Of a stretch of DNA of 44,125 bases, positions 1 to 8,582 are shown one piece after another (within the stretch, counting starts at the first letter, position 1; the number at the start of each line of letters is the position of its first letter). The notes below the pieces were generated by a model. That model saw only the letters and a program-made list of their open reading frames with translations, had not been told where the DNA came from and searched no databases. The stretch is from a virus. Taxonomy: Duplodnaviria; Caudoviricetes. Location: positions 1 through 44,125 of the IMG/VR virus record IMGVR_UViG_3300008255_000198, one strand, 5' to 3'. Both the position numbers and the translations under genes were made by a program.

Positions 1-123
1 AAACATATTTGGATAAATATCTTTTTCCCATGTTACCCAACATTTTCTTTGTAGGACGGCAGCTATTGTGGATAACCCTGCCCATAACTTGTATAACTCC
101 GGCGGCTCCGTATTATCCATATA
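1..123. repeat. Terminal direct repeat, identical to 44003-44125 (circular assembly overlap)
   Basis: Exact 123-nt match between the two window ends; it lies inside a CDS that reads through the junction. Confidence 0.97.
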
Positions 124-168
124 ACGAAGAAAGCCGGATAGCCAATCATCCAACTTTCTTGAGTGCAT
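1..168 (-). CDS. 5' part of the DUF3987-like NTPase gene (continues across the origin into 42980-44125)
   Basis: ATG at 168 with GGAG upstream gives MHSRKLDDWLSGFLRY, in frame with MDNTEPPELY; overlaps the polymerase stop. Confidence 0.85.
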   Translation of the reverse strand, partial: MHSRKLDDWLSGFLRYMDNTEPPELYKLWAGLSTIAAVLQRKCWVTWEKDIYPNMF

Positions 169-2599
169 TCTTTAGCTCTCCTGCGGATAAGTTCTTTAGT
201 ACCGTAGTATGTAGCATGTTATAGCCTATTTTAATTTCAATTGGTATTTTAATATCACGGGCACGCCATTGGATAGGAGATTCTAAGTTTGTTTTTAACT
301 GTTGAAGGACCTTTATTACATAGTCAGATTCATCAATGTTGAAGGATATGGCCACGCTATCGTATATGCAGGTTGTTAAGAGCACTTTGTGGTATAATGG
401 GTCATTGTATAGTGGTAGTATAGCATTATACCACATCTTGTATGCTACTATAGATTGTGGAATCCATGAATACGCTTCACGAAATAGGTCGTCACCCCAC
501 CTATCAAGAAACACGCGGCGACGTCCATATGGATTTACAAGTGTGCGGTTCTCTGCCAACTGTCTTTTTATCCAAGTTTGATAACCCTGTTCTACTCCAG
601 GATAAGCTTTATGATAGGCTTGAACTATCTGCAAAGCCTCACTTTCTGGCATCTCATATCTCAAGGCGAAACTTCTGTATCCTAAACCATAGTTTAGGGA
701 GTGATTGCACTTTTTTCCCCACTGCCGCCACGGGTCATCGTTACGGCCTAACGGAGCACAGCACTCTTCTGGGGGTATGAGGCTTTTGGCCTTGTATTCC
801 TTATACGCATTATATTGGGCCAGTACAATATCATAGGTTAATCCACTAATTAAGGCACCTGTTAGACAATGTACGTCCTTTCCTGCCTCAAAAGCCTCTA
901 TCATTTCCGCTTCTGGTGCTAAATAGGCTACTATCCTATTCTCTGCTTGGGATAGGTCAATAATAGCGAAGGCCATTCCCTCATCAGCCACAAAAAACTT
1001 ATCCATTTCTCCTGGCTGGTTGAACATGTTACCGCCGGTTCCGCGGATAGACTTAGAGCTAGATGGGCGACCACTCTTTGTGCCTACTACGTTAATACTA
1101 CCTCGAAAGCGGTTATCATTATCAAGGGTCATATCAAAATAAGTGCCCTTCAACTTCTGCCAGAAGCGTAGATCAAGGAGAACCTGAGCCTCCTTAAAGC
1201 CCCGTCTAGCTAGTCGTATTAGGGCTGTCTCATTGGTGGTTATACCACCACCTTTGCCCCTGTATGGAGTTATACCCTTTTCTATGTAGAAATAGTTAGC
1301 TATCTGTTTTGGGCTGGCGGGGTTTATATCATGCTTGACTAACTTAATAAGTTCGGCTGTCTTGATGTTTATAGTATAGTTAGCCTCTTCCCTAGCTTTC
1401 CTTAAACCCACCATATCTACGTTAATACCGTGGGCTTGTATAAACAGGAAGGGTTGCATTAGGTCTATATGGCACTTGTAGGTATCTAATAGGCATTGCT
1501 GGCGTAGTTCTTCCAGCATTACCGGCATAACTTCTAAGCAGACTATAGCATCCTTGGCATTGTATTGCCAGAAGGTAGGTTCATCAAAGTATAGTTTTTT
1601 CCAAACCTTACCCTCTCCTTTATAATAGGGATAATCTGTATAGGTGCTTGCTATAAAGTCAAGCCCCTTTGGATAATCCGGTAGTAATAGGGCATGAGCC
1701 ACCATAGTATCATCTAGATTGGCTGTTCTAATACCATACTCATTCCATAAGTAACTACAATCGAATATACCATTTTGCATTACCTTCCGGATTGTTGAGG
1801 ACTCTAATATTTGGGTTATCTTTTGCCATATCACACATTCCTCTTCTAGGCTAAACTTATTTTCTTGGTCCCTCATTAGATTTATACAAATAGCTCTGGT
1901 GCCTTCAGGTTTCTTGTAGGATATACCTACACAGTAGGTGTGCCCATACATTACCTCAATATCAAAACCTACTATTACCCTTGGTGCTAGAAGGATTTCG
2001 TGGTCTAGAATATTTATCACTTCTGTGTAGCTAGGGTCTATCAGTATGTTGGGGCTAGGTATTTGTATGTCCGGAAATTCGCTTTGCACTTTAGCTTTAT
2101 CTAGGTCCTTAGCAATTAACCTTTCATCCAAGTATGTACGAAGAGCAGCGCTGGGGTGGATAGTGGCCACTACTTTTCTACCCGCTACTAGCTTACAAGG
2201 TAGAATGGAACCTCGGTACTTAGTTATTCCAGTTAGTCCGGTTAGTACATATAGGGCGGTTCCACCTAGTGCTACAATTACGCTGGCAGTGGATTGCTCT
2301 ATCTCCCGCCTCAAAATATCTATGCAGGCTTGTGCTTCTGGTGATATTTGGGGTGGATTTTTAGTTATGTTTATGTAAGGCTTAATATCGTTTGCGGCGT
2401 TGGGCCTAAACTTTAGTATGTTGGTTATGTAACAATCGTGCCGTCTTATTTTCACACTGGTTAGAATACGGTCCAACAGTTGTCCGGCGCGGCCCACGAA
2501 GGGCCGACCTACACGCTCCTCATCGGCACCTGGAGCTTCACCTACTAGCATAATTGGGGCATCTAGGTTACCCTCAGGTTCTATTATTCGTGGCGGCAT
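146..2599 (-). CDS. polA: Family A DNA polymerase with N-terminal family-4-type uracil-DNA glycosylase domain and 3'-5' exonuclease
   Basis: UDG motifs VGEAPG..GRPFVG and HPSAALR; Exo I FDIE, Exo II NGIFD, Exo III YNAKD; Pol motif A DLSQAENR, B RQWGKKCNHSLNYG, C IYDS. Confidence 0.95.
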   Translation of the reverse strand: MPPRIIEPEGNLDAPIMLVGEAPGADEERVGRPFVGRAGQLLDRILTSVKIRRHDCYITNILKFRPNAANDIKPYINITKNPPQISPEAQACIDILRREIEQSTASVIVALGGTALYVLTGLTGITKYRGSILPCKLVAGRKVVATIHPSAALRTYLDERLIAKDLDKAKVQSEFPDIQIPSPNILIDPSYTEVINILDHEILLAPRVIVGFDIEVMYGHTYCVGISYKKPEGTRAICINLMRDQENKFSLEEECVIWQKITQILESSTIRKVMQNGIFDCSYLWNEYGIRTANLDDTMVAHALLLPDYPKGLDFIASTYTDYPYYKGEGKVWKKLYFDEPTFWQYNAKDAIVCLEVMPVMLEELRQQCLLDTYKCHIDLMQPFLFIQAHGINVDMVGLRKAREEANYTINIKTAELIKLVKHDINPASPKQIANYFYIEKGITPYRGKGGGITTNETALIRLARRGFKEAQVLLDLRFWQKLKGTYFDMTLDNDNRFRGSINVVGTKSGRPSSSKSIRGTGGNMFNQPGEMDKFFVADEGMAFAIIDLSQAENRIVAYLAPEAEMIEAFEAGKDVHCLTGALISGLTYDIVLAQYNAYKEYKAKSLIPPEECCAPLGRNDDPWRQWGKKCNHSLNYGLGYRSFALRYEMPESEALQIVQAYHKAYPGVEQGYQTWIKRQLAENRTLVNPYGRRRVFLDRWGDDLFREAYSWIPQSIVAYKMWYNAILPLYNDPLYHKVLLTTCIYDSVAISFNIDESDYVIKVLQQLKTNLESPIQWRARDIKIPIEIKIGYNMLHTTVLKNLSAGELKNALKKVG

Positions 2600-2646
2600 A
2601 TTGCGGTCTCCTATTTAAATTTATTAACCTTTTTTAGCCCCTCTCC

Positions 2647-3990
2647 TTAAAAGGAGTGAAACTTTTCACCTATCCCTTGTTGCACTCTTAAGATGTAGGT
2701 ATTTCTATAATCCTTATTAATATCAAAGCCAATAGTGTGCATATTTTGGTTATGCGCTGCCAACATTGTGTTACCACTACCAGCAAATGGAACCAACACG
2801 TTACTACCAGGATAGGCGAAGGTGGCTAATACTTCCTCTATCATTTCCACTGGACGCTCCGTTGGGTGGATCTTGTTCCCTGGTAAGACTTGTGGGAATT
2901 TAAAGTAGCTGGAGCGGCCGGCCTTAACAATTCCAGGGTCACCCTTTCTGGCATAGTAAAAGGATTCTATATCGCTGGCTAGTTGTGTAGTAGGACTAGC
3001 ACACATTCCGATTGGCTTGATCCAAAGAGCGGGTCTACGGCTGCACCTAAAGCCAGCTTTTATAATTTCTTCGTAAACAATGTTTGCCCAAGGATCAAAT
3101 GAGAACCAAACTATCATCCAACTATTATTAGCGGCTAGCTTGTAGCATAGTCGGAATAGGTTACTTAAGAATAATTGATACTCATCCTCGTCTATTTCAT
3201 TGTAGCCTAAGACGGCAGACTTCTTGTAGGTACTATCATTCCTAGCTTTCTTAAAGTTTACACCATATGGTGGGTCAATTTCTATTAGGTCGTAACTACC
3301 TATTTGTAATGTCTTACCGCTAGAGAAGAAGTCGGCTACTTTATAAGAAGCAATAAGTTCATCCCGCACTTTATCCGGCCGTTCGGACCGTTCCCTTTCA
3401 GCGCGCTTGGTTATTTCACTAATAAGGATAGTCTCCTGCATCTTGTCTAAAAGGGTCATTGCCTCTTTTTGATTTTTACATTCGGCTAACTGCGGGATAC
3501 TTTTGATGGCCTCAGCCAACTTTAGGTTATTTGAAACTGTCATGGGGCTAACACCTAGCAATTTTGCAGTGTCACGCATAGAGTGGCCTTCTGCACCGGC
3601 CTTGCCAATGTTAGCCTTCTCACCAAACTTAGTAATGTATAAGTTGTGTATTTCTTCCATAGCCGCCACTTCTTCGGAATAGTTCATTTGCTTTCGCTGG
3701 ATATTTTCAGCAAGCTCAACGGTCCTTATAGTAAGTTCATCGGTTTCTTTGGGGTATATCCGTACACTGACACTGGTCCAACCTAACTTATCGATAGCCT
3801 GTATTCGACGACCTCCAGCAGCTAGTTCATAATGATCACCGAAGTTTCGTACGGCTAGTGGACTAATTAAACCCTCTGGACCACCTATGGATTCGGCTAG
3901 TTCCGTTATGCCGGTGTATTCTTTACGAAAACGATCACCTATAATAATCTGGTTGCGAGGTACTATACAAAGCTCACCTAACTTATCCAT
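2647..3990 (-). CDS. ParB/Srx-like domain + HTH fused to beta-class N6/N4 DNA methyltransferase
   Basis: ParB motifs AAGGRRIQA and ELAENIQR; HTH-like SMRDTAKLLGVSPMTVSNNL; MTase DPPYG, HPTERP, PFAGSG in beta-class order. Confidence 0.9.
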   Translation of the reverse strand: MDKLGELCIVPRNQIIIGDRFRKEYTGITELAESIGGPEGLISPLAVRNFGDHYELAAGGRRIQAIDKLGWTSVSVRIYPKETDELTIRTVELAENIQRKQMNYSEEVAAMEEIHNLYITKFGEKANIGKAGAEGHSMRDTAKLLGVSPMTVSNNLKLAEAIKSIPQLAECKNQKEAMTLLDKMQETILISEITKRAERERSERPDKVRDELIASYKVADFFSSGKTLQIGSYDLIEIDPPYGVNFKKARNDSTYKKSAVLGYNEIDEDEYQLFLSNLFRLCYKLAANNSWMIVWFSFDPWANIVYEEIIKAGFRCSRRPALWIKPIGMCASPTTQLASDIESFYYARKGDPGIVKAGRSSYFKFPQVLPGNKIHPTERPVEMIEEVLATFAYPGSNVLVPFAGSGNTMLAAHNQNMHTIGFDINKDYRNTYILRVQQGIGEKFHSF

Positions 3991-4204
3991 TTTGTAACAT
4001 CTCCAGCATTTTGGCCGCTTCTTCTGATGATAGGCTAGACATAAAATCTGCCATTGTTTTTTTTGTTTTGGTTTTAGCGGCTCTAATAGGATTCATTGCA
4101 TTTCTTCGACGAGAACCTCGAATCATTTCTAGGTCCGCTTGGAGTTCGGAGAGGGATTTCTCTGAGATGGACTTCTTAAGATCGCTTAGTTTCATGGTGG
4201 TCAC
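3983..4204 (-). CDS. Hypothetical small protein
   Basis: 73-aa ORF packed between neighbours and overlapping the next start. Confidence 0.7.
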   Translation of the reverse strand: MTTMKLSDLKKSISEKSLSELQADLEMIRGSRRRNAMNPIRAAKTKTKKTMADFMSSLSSEEAAKMLEMLQNG

Positions 4205-4207
4205 CTT

Positions 4208-4429
4208 CTATTCGGCTCTTTTATTCGGCTCTTCTATTCGGCTGTAATGTTGCAAACCTATTTGACGGCTAATTACTCCGGCGACTACCATATTTGGGTC
4301 CCGGCTGCATTCACAGGCCTCAATCAAATCATCAAGGATGGCACCTATTAGAATTCTACGGGTACCATAAGGTAGTTTGTCTAGGAAGGAACGCTGCTGG
4401 TCGGTTATTTCTACACCGAATTTGCTCAT
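4208..4429 (-). CDS. Hypothetical small protein
   Basis: 73-aa ORF with AGGA upstream. Confidence 0.7.
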   Translation of the reverse strand: MSKFGVEITDQQRSFLDKLPYGTRRILIGAILDDLIEACECSRDPNMVVAGVISRQIGLQHYSRIEEPNKRAE

Positions 4430-4439
4430 AGTTTGGTCC

Positions 4440-4481
4440 TAAAATAGTAGGGCATGGCTACCTGCCACCATGCCCTACTAT
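4440..4481 (-). terminator. Intrinsic terminator-like hairpin after the SSB-like gene
   Basis: 14-bp stem ATAGTAGGGCATGG/CCATGCCCTACTAT with a short U-run on the minus strand. Confidence 0.65.
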
Positions 4482-4492
4482 CTATTGCTAGT

Positions 4493-4882
4493 TTAGTTTA
4501 CAAGGAATCGTCGGATTCGATTCTGCTCACCATACTCCTCATCATCCTCTTGACTGAGTACACCGACACCAACGGCATCAGTCATGGTATCGGTATCTAA
4601 TGGTATTTGGAGGCCAAAGGCCATAACAAACTCCTTTAAGCGACGTAGCCGGCTGTTGTTCTCCCTCTCATCCTTGTTATCATCCGGTAACATGATAACA
4701 TGCCCGATGTCCTTTGCATTTGGATCTTCTGTTGGTACTAGCCGTAAATATAGGAATGAAGAGGTGCCCTTTTCCGGCTTTTGCTGCCGTATTTCAGCGG
4801 ATACAATTTTTACTTGGTGTGCTCCGGCAGCCATTGTGGTTAGCTCTGGCACACTGTCTACATCATAATCAAGTAGGGACAT
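4493..4882 (-). CDS. Putative single-stranded DNA-binding protein (DUF669-like)
   Basis: G.HQVKIVSAE pattern, acidic C-terminus EDDEEYGEQNRIRRF, same arm as the Sak4-like ATPase and nuclease; AAGGAG SD. Confidence 0.7.
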   Translation of the reverse strand: MSLLDYDVDSVPELTTMAAGAHQVKIVSAEIRQQKPEKGTSSFLYLRLVPTEDPNAKDIGHVIMLPDDNKDERENNSRLRRLKEFVMAFGLQIPLDTDTMTDAVGVGVLSQEDDEEYGEQNRIRRFLVN

Positions 4883-4934
4883 ATCTATTCTCCTTTTGTT
4901 GGCCCCAAGTTATTTGGGGCCTGCCTTAAACCAA

Positions 4935-4959
4935 ACCGTGTACAATTATTGTACACGGT
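4935..4959. promoter_or_regulatory. Dispersed palindrome copy 1 (ACCGTGTACAATTATTGTACACGGT)
   Basis: Perfect 12+1+12 inverted repeat, intergenic. Confidence 0.9.
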
Positions 4960-4962
4960 ATT

Positions 4963-5487
4963 TTAGGCTAAACCATGTAGAATAATTGTATCATATTGTG
5001 TTTCAACTGTTTGGCCATCAATCGTAATTCGTACGGTGGCATAGCAATTTTTACACCACGCAGAGAAGGTGTCGATAACTACCTCCTTAAGCTCCGGCGT
5101 ATAATCCAGGGACAAACACGCCCGTGGAAATTTTTCATCATGCTGCTGGAAAAAGCCACCGGTGAACCCTTTGTCTCGGTAGTGATCGAGGGTGAACTGC
5201 GCACGCCATTTGAAAATGTCATTCTGTGGCTGGAATAACACGTCATGGAAGTGGACCAGTCGTTGCAAAACGGCATAGGTTTCCATGCTTTTTTGGGCCC
5301 ATCCAATATACTCACACGAACCACGCCCAAAGACCTTACTTTTATCTTGGGTTACAATATCCCAGGCCACCCGATTAACGTCGGCCCAGGCGATAACGTC
5401 TGCAACCTCCGGATCGTCGGTATAGGTATAGGGTCTAATCTCAGAATAGTAGGTAGTTTTGGTTATTTGTTTGGTTTCGCTGCGCAT
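4963..5487 (-). CDS. Hypothetical protein
   Basis: 174-aa ORF with AGGAG SD. Confidence 0.8.
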   Translation of the reverse strand: MRSETKQITKTTYYSEIRPYTYTDDPEVADVIAWADVNRVAWDIVTQDKSKVFGRGSCEYIGWAQKSMETYAVLQRLVHFHDVLFQPQNDIFKWRAQFTLDHYRDKGFTGGFFQQHDEKFPRACLSLDYTPELKEVVIDTFSAWCKNCYATVRITIDGQTVETQYDTIILHGLA

Positions 5488-5723
5488 TGGTGTTCTCCTG
5501 TTGTTTTAAGTATTTCCGCCATTATTGGCGGTTTTGGCGGTAACGTGGGAGCCGGGCCTTTCGGAAAATCGTAGTCTACCGGCAGACCCTTAATCGCAGC
5601 ATAGAAGGTGCCTCCGGTCATGTCATTCACAATCCGAATAACCTCAGATACTTGTGCTACCGGCAGGCTCTTTTTCTTACCTTCACGCATTGTTACTTCG
5701 CGTACGAACTGGCGAATTTCCAT
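5463..5723 (-). CDS. Small hypothetical protein, possibly DNA-binding
   Basis: 86 aa, GAGGGG SD, basic helical N-terminus. Confidence 0.7.
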   Translation of the reverse strand: MEIRQFVREVTMREGKKKSLPVAQVSEVIRIVNDMTGGTFYAAIKGLPVDYDFPKGPAPTLPPKPPIMAEILKTTGEHQCAAKPNK

Positions 5724-5974
5724 GTCAACCCCCTCATTCTGGCAATAGCCTGCCGTAATCGAATTTTGGATGCTAAACCGGTTTTGGGGTCAATGTAACT
5801 CTGCTCGTGGTCGCATGCTTCAAGAAACCTGTATGTATACTCCATCGCGGCCAGCGATTCTAACGCGATAGGATTCGCGTGTTCCCGGCATCGGCCTAGA
5901 CATACCGCATCGCGCGTGCATTGCCTGTAACTGACCCCATCACCCCAAGGCTCGGAAAACGTGCATTGCATCAT
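5693..5974 (-). CDS. Cys-containing hypothetical protein (start MMQCTF)
   Basis: AAGGAG upstream of ATG 5974; the upstream part of the 208-aa ORF is a shadow of the repeat region. Confidence 0.65.
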   Translation of the reverse strand: MMQCTFSEPWGDGVSYRQCTRDAVCLGRCREHANPIALESLAAMEYTYRFLEACDHEQSYIDPKTGLASKIRLRQAIARMRGLTWKFASSYAK

Positions 5975-6347
5975 GATCGCTCCTTCTAACAGGAACTTCA
6001 TGTGGTTTTGTATCCGGGTACAGACCTGTCCTGGACGTGGACCCTGACCTGCACCTAGACCAGGTCCTGGACTTAAACCAGGACGAGGATCTATATCCAG
6101 ACCTAGACCAGGACGTAGACCCAGACCAGGACGTGGACCAGGACATAGACCAGGACTTAGACTTAGACTTAGACGTCGACCAAGATGTAGATCTGTACCA
6201 AGACCTGGATATGGGTCCAGACCCGGATGTAGATCTACCCCAAGGCATAGACTTGTACCAGGATCTGGAGCTGGACCCAAACCTGCATCCAGACCTGGAA
6301 TAATGCCACAATATCCCAAACCGGCTATGAAGTATTGAGATATTCAT
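5940..6347 (-). CDS. Basic Ser/Arg/Trp/Gly low-complexity protein (SRSW/SWS repeats)
   Basis: ATG 6347 overlaps the upstream TGA (ATGA) with GAGGG SD; repeats SWSTSWSGSTSWSRSG. Confidence 0.7.
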   Translation of the reverse strand: MNISILHSRFGILWHYSRSGCRFGSSSRSWYKSMPWGRSTSGSGPISRSWYRSTSWSTSKSKSKSWSMSWSTSWSGSTSWSRSGYRSSSWFKSRTWSRCRSGSTSRTGLYPDTKPHEVPVRRSDHDAMHVFRALG

Positions 6348-6664
6348 TTCTGGTCCCTCGGTAGGGCATGTCTCCATTCTGTTGTATCCACGAGTGCTCC
6401 ACGACCAATGATCACTAGCCCATCAACGGGTTCGACCTCGTTCAGGGATCCAGTTATCAGCGCATCGTGGAACCTGCCGGTGTCGGCGATCCATGCCGCA
6501 TCCTCGATCACGATTTCGTGTTCTCCGACCGAAACGACGCGCCCCGTCCAATAGTTCGTCACGAGACGAAACAGGTACGTACCCCCGATCTTAAATGGTT
6601 GCGAAATTGATGGCTGGACATTGTGAAGCATCGCTTCTAATTCACACGCCTTATCGATGTTCAT
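6344..6664 (-). CDS. Small beta-rich protein (possible Sm/SH3-like barrel), same architecture as 7179-7496
   Basis: IGGTYLFRLVTNYWTGRVV..IEDAAWI resembles IGKYCIVRTYSAGVFAGVV..VTDARRL; AGGAG SD favours ATG 6664. Confidence 0.8.
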   Translation of the reverse strand: MNIDKACELEAMLHNVQPSISQPFKIGGTYLFRLVTNYWTGRVVSVGEHEIVIEDAAWIADTGRFHDALITGSLNEVEPVDGLVIIGRGALVDTTEWRHALPRDQK

Positions 6665-6688
6665 TTTGATCACTCCTGTTATTTTTAT

Positions 6689-6784
6689 GGGACGGCCTCG
6701 TAGACACGTTCGAGGCCGTCCCGCGATCTCGGCCCGAGGAGATTGGCTAACCTCGGGCCGCTCATTCCCGGCGACAGGCCGAGA
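6689..6784. other. Intergenic GC-rich hairpin cluster
   Basis: Stems 6689-6700/6711-6722 and 6731-6739/6751-6759, plus alternative pairing 6727-6734/6777-6784. Confidence 0.65.
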
Positions 6785-6795
6785 AAACTGATTAT

Positions 6796-7194
6796 TTAAC
6801 CGTAACCATAGCCATCGTCATGGTCGTCATAATACCCGTTACCATTAGCATAGTCTTTGCCTGAATCTGATCCATCGCCATAATCATCGCCATAGCCATC
6901 ATTATAGTTTCTGCCGGAACCATTGCCATCTCCGTCACCGTAACCAGAATCTGAGCTATTACCTGAACCTGATCCCGAGCCTGATCCATCACCGTAACTA
7001 TAGACATCGCCTGAGCCAGTATAATTATCGCCGGAACCGTCACCGGAGGCACCGGAGTCACTGTAGTCATAGTTGTTGCCGAAACCGTCACCGGAACCAT
7101 TACCATAACCATAACCAGAGGCATCACTATCGTCGTCATCGCCGTAGTTGTAGCCGGAACCATCACCGTAATTATTACTTACGTTGCACGCCAT
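6796..7194 (-). CDS. Acidic Gly/Asp/Tyr/Ser low-complexity protein (GDGSG/GYG repeats)
   Basis: Strong GGAGGT SD about 6 nt before the ATG, which overlaps the upstream gene end. Confidence 0.8.
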   Translation of the reverse strand: MACNVSNNYGDGSGYNYGDDDDSDASGYGYGNGSGDGFGNNYDYSDSGASGDGSGDNYTGSGDVYSYGDGSGSGSGSGNSSDSGYGDGDGNGSGRNYNDGYGDDYGDGSDSGKDYANGNGYYDDHDDGYGYG

Positions 7195-7496
7195 TCGGGC
7201 ACCTCCTCTATACTGGTCTTAGCGTCTAATGTACAGGGGATAATTTCTATGACGTTGGTTAGACACACCATCGGAACCACACACGGGAATTTGCATTCGT
7301 TAGGATATTTTACTCCGCGCTGGGATAGTTCACTTAGTGTGGCTGCGCCTTTCCAATACCATAGCCGCCGTGCATCAGTGACACGACATTCCGATCTGTT
7401 GAGGAACTGCACGACTCCGGCAAATACGCCAGCCGAATACGTGCGGACTATGCAATATTTTCCAATTACAGAATCCACGTCATTAGGAAGTTCCAT
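7179..7496 (-). CDS. DUF6948-like small protein
   Basis: IVRTYSAGVFAG and RRLWYWKGAATLSELS pattern recognised from phage proteins; AAGGAG SD. Confidence 0.8.
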   Translation of the reverse strand: MELPNDVDSVIGKYCIVRTYSAGVFAGVVQFLNRSECRVTDARRLWYWKGAATLSELSQRGVKYPNECKFPCVVPMVCLTNVIEIIPCTLDAKTSIEEVPEWRAT

Positions 7497-7553
7497 TTCC
7501 GTCTCCTTTACTTGGTCATTAAACCATTGTTACGACGTTCAACAAGCCGGTCT

Positions 7554-7775
7554 TCACACGAATTTCTCCCAATTCCGGATCGCCAGTACGCGCCGGTGTT
7601 GTTTGTCTGCGTCATCGCCCGGTATCACAGCATCCGGCGTCACGTATTCCACATGCTTAGGCGTCGTGTCCTGTGGCCGCAATAACGCATCGAGCAACCC
7701 AACCAACAGGCACGCGACGATGCAGCCCAACGAGACTGCAACGATTAACACGAATAATCCGATTTCAGTTATCAT
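7554..7775 (-). CDS. Small membrane protein
   Basis: GGAGG SD, ATGA overlap, N-terminal hydrophobic helix. Confidence 0.7.
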   Translation of the reverse strand: MITEIGLFVLIVAVSLGCIVACLLVGLLDALLRPQDTTPKHVEYVTPDAVIPGDDADKQHRRVLAIRNWEKFV

Positions 7776-8566
7776 TCTACGGCCTCCTGAAATGTTAGGT
7801 AAAAATGGATCCCATGGGTACATTCTGTCCGGATATTATCATCCCACGAATCGGCATAAACGTGTTTGCCGATCCTATACTCAATTTTGTTGTCACGATA
7901 CATCCTATTATAGAAACGTACTTCCGGACTAGGTGAGTGATCTATGTTCCATGCACTATTGACCAGCACATAATCCGCCCGGCATTTCCGGCCAATCAGC
8001 GACGACGTGCGTTTGGCATCGGACGGAATCAATAATTCGATGATCTGTTTTTCGCAATTGTAGCAACTTTGCACCTGCTTAAATCCAAAAAAACATCCCA
8101 CCTCCGGCACGATCTGAAAATTAGGTAATATCGCACCCTCAAGATCAGCGGCGACTATGTAGAGGTAAGCATTCTGGAGGTAAGTACCTTGAAGGTTAGC
8201 GTTATGGAGAGTAGCATCCTGAAGGTTAACCTTCCGAAGATCCGCACCCTGGAGATTCGCACCATAGAGGTCCGCACTATAAAGGTCCGCGCCCCGAAGG
8301 TTAGCATATCGGAGGTCAGCGCCATAGAGGTTGGCACCCCGGAGCGAAGCTCCTTGGAGGTTAGCACTCCGAAGATCAGCATTATAGAGGTTAGCACCCT
8401 GAAGGTCCGCACCTTGAAGGTTTGCACCTCGAAGATCAGCCTTCCAGAGGTCAGCATCTTGAAGGAGAGCATCTTGGAGTGAGACTAAATTTGCCTCACA
8501 TATCTTACGAATACTACCACCAGTACCAATTATGGTCCCATCAACATCACACCGTTTTAGTTCCAT
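7772..8566 (-). CDS. Pentapeptide-repeat protein with C-terminal DUF5758-like domain
   Basis: A(D/N)Lxx repeats; C-terminal RKCRA...ECTHGIHFYLT. Confidence 0.88.
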   Translation of the reverse strand: MELKRCDVDGTIIGTGGSIRKICEANLVSLQDALLQDADLWKADLRGANLQGADLQGANLYNADLRSANLQGASLRGANLYGADLRYANLRGADLYSADLYGANLQGADLRKVNLQDATLHNANLQGTYLQNAYLYIVAADLEGAILPNFQIVPEVGCFFGFKQVQSCYNCEKQIIELLIPSDAKRTSSLIGRKCRADYVLVNSAWNIDHSPSPEVRFYNRMYRDNKIEYRIGKHVYADSWDDNIRTECTHGIHFYLTFQEAVE

Positions 8567-8582
8567 ATCACGCTACTCCTAT

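Noticed and set aside
1-123. Biological direct terminal repeat
   Set aside because: It falls mid-gene and the gene reads through the junction; more likely an assembly overlap of a circular or permuted genome
5693-6319. 208-aa Gly/Leu/Pro ORF and antisense DLD-repeat ORF (6037-6303)
   Set aside because: Alternative frames kept open by the hexanucleotide repeat; SD and coupling support the Ser/Arg/Trp frame and a separate start at 5974
6792-7166. Met/Val/Thr-rich 124-aa ORF
   Set aside because: Shadow frame of the GDG repeat gene, without an SD
8155-8482. Repeat ORFs overlapping the pentapeptide gene
   Set aside because: Shadow frames of 15-nt repeats
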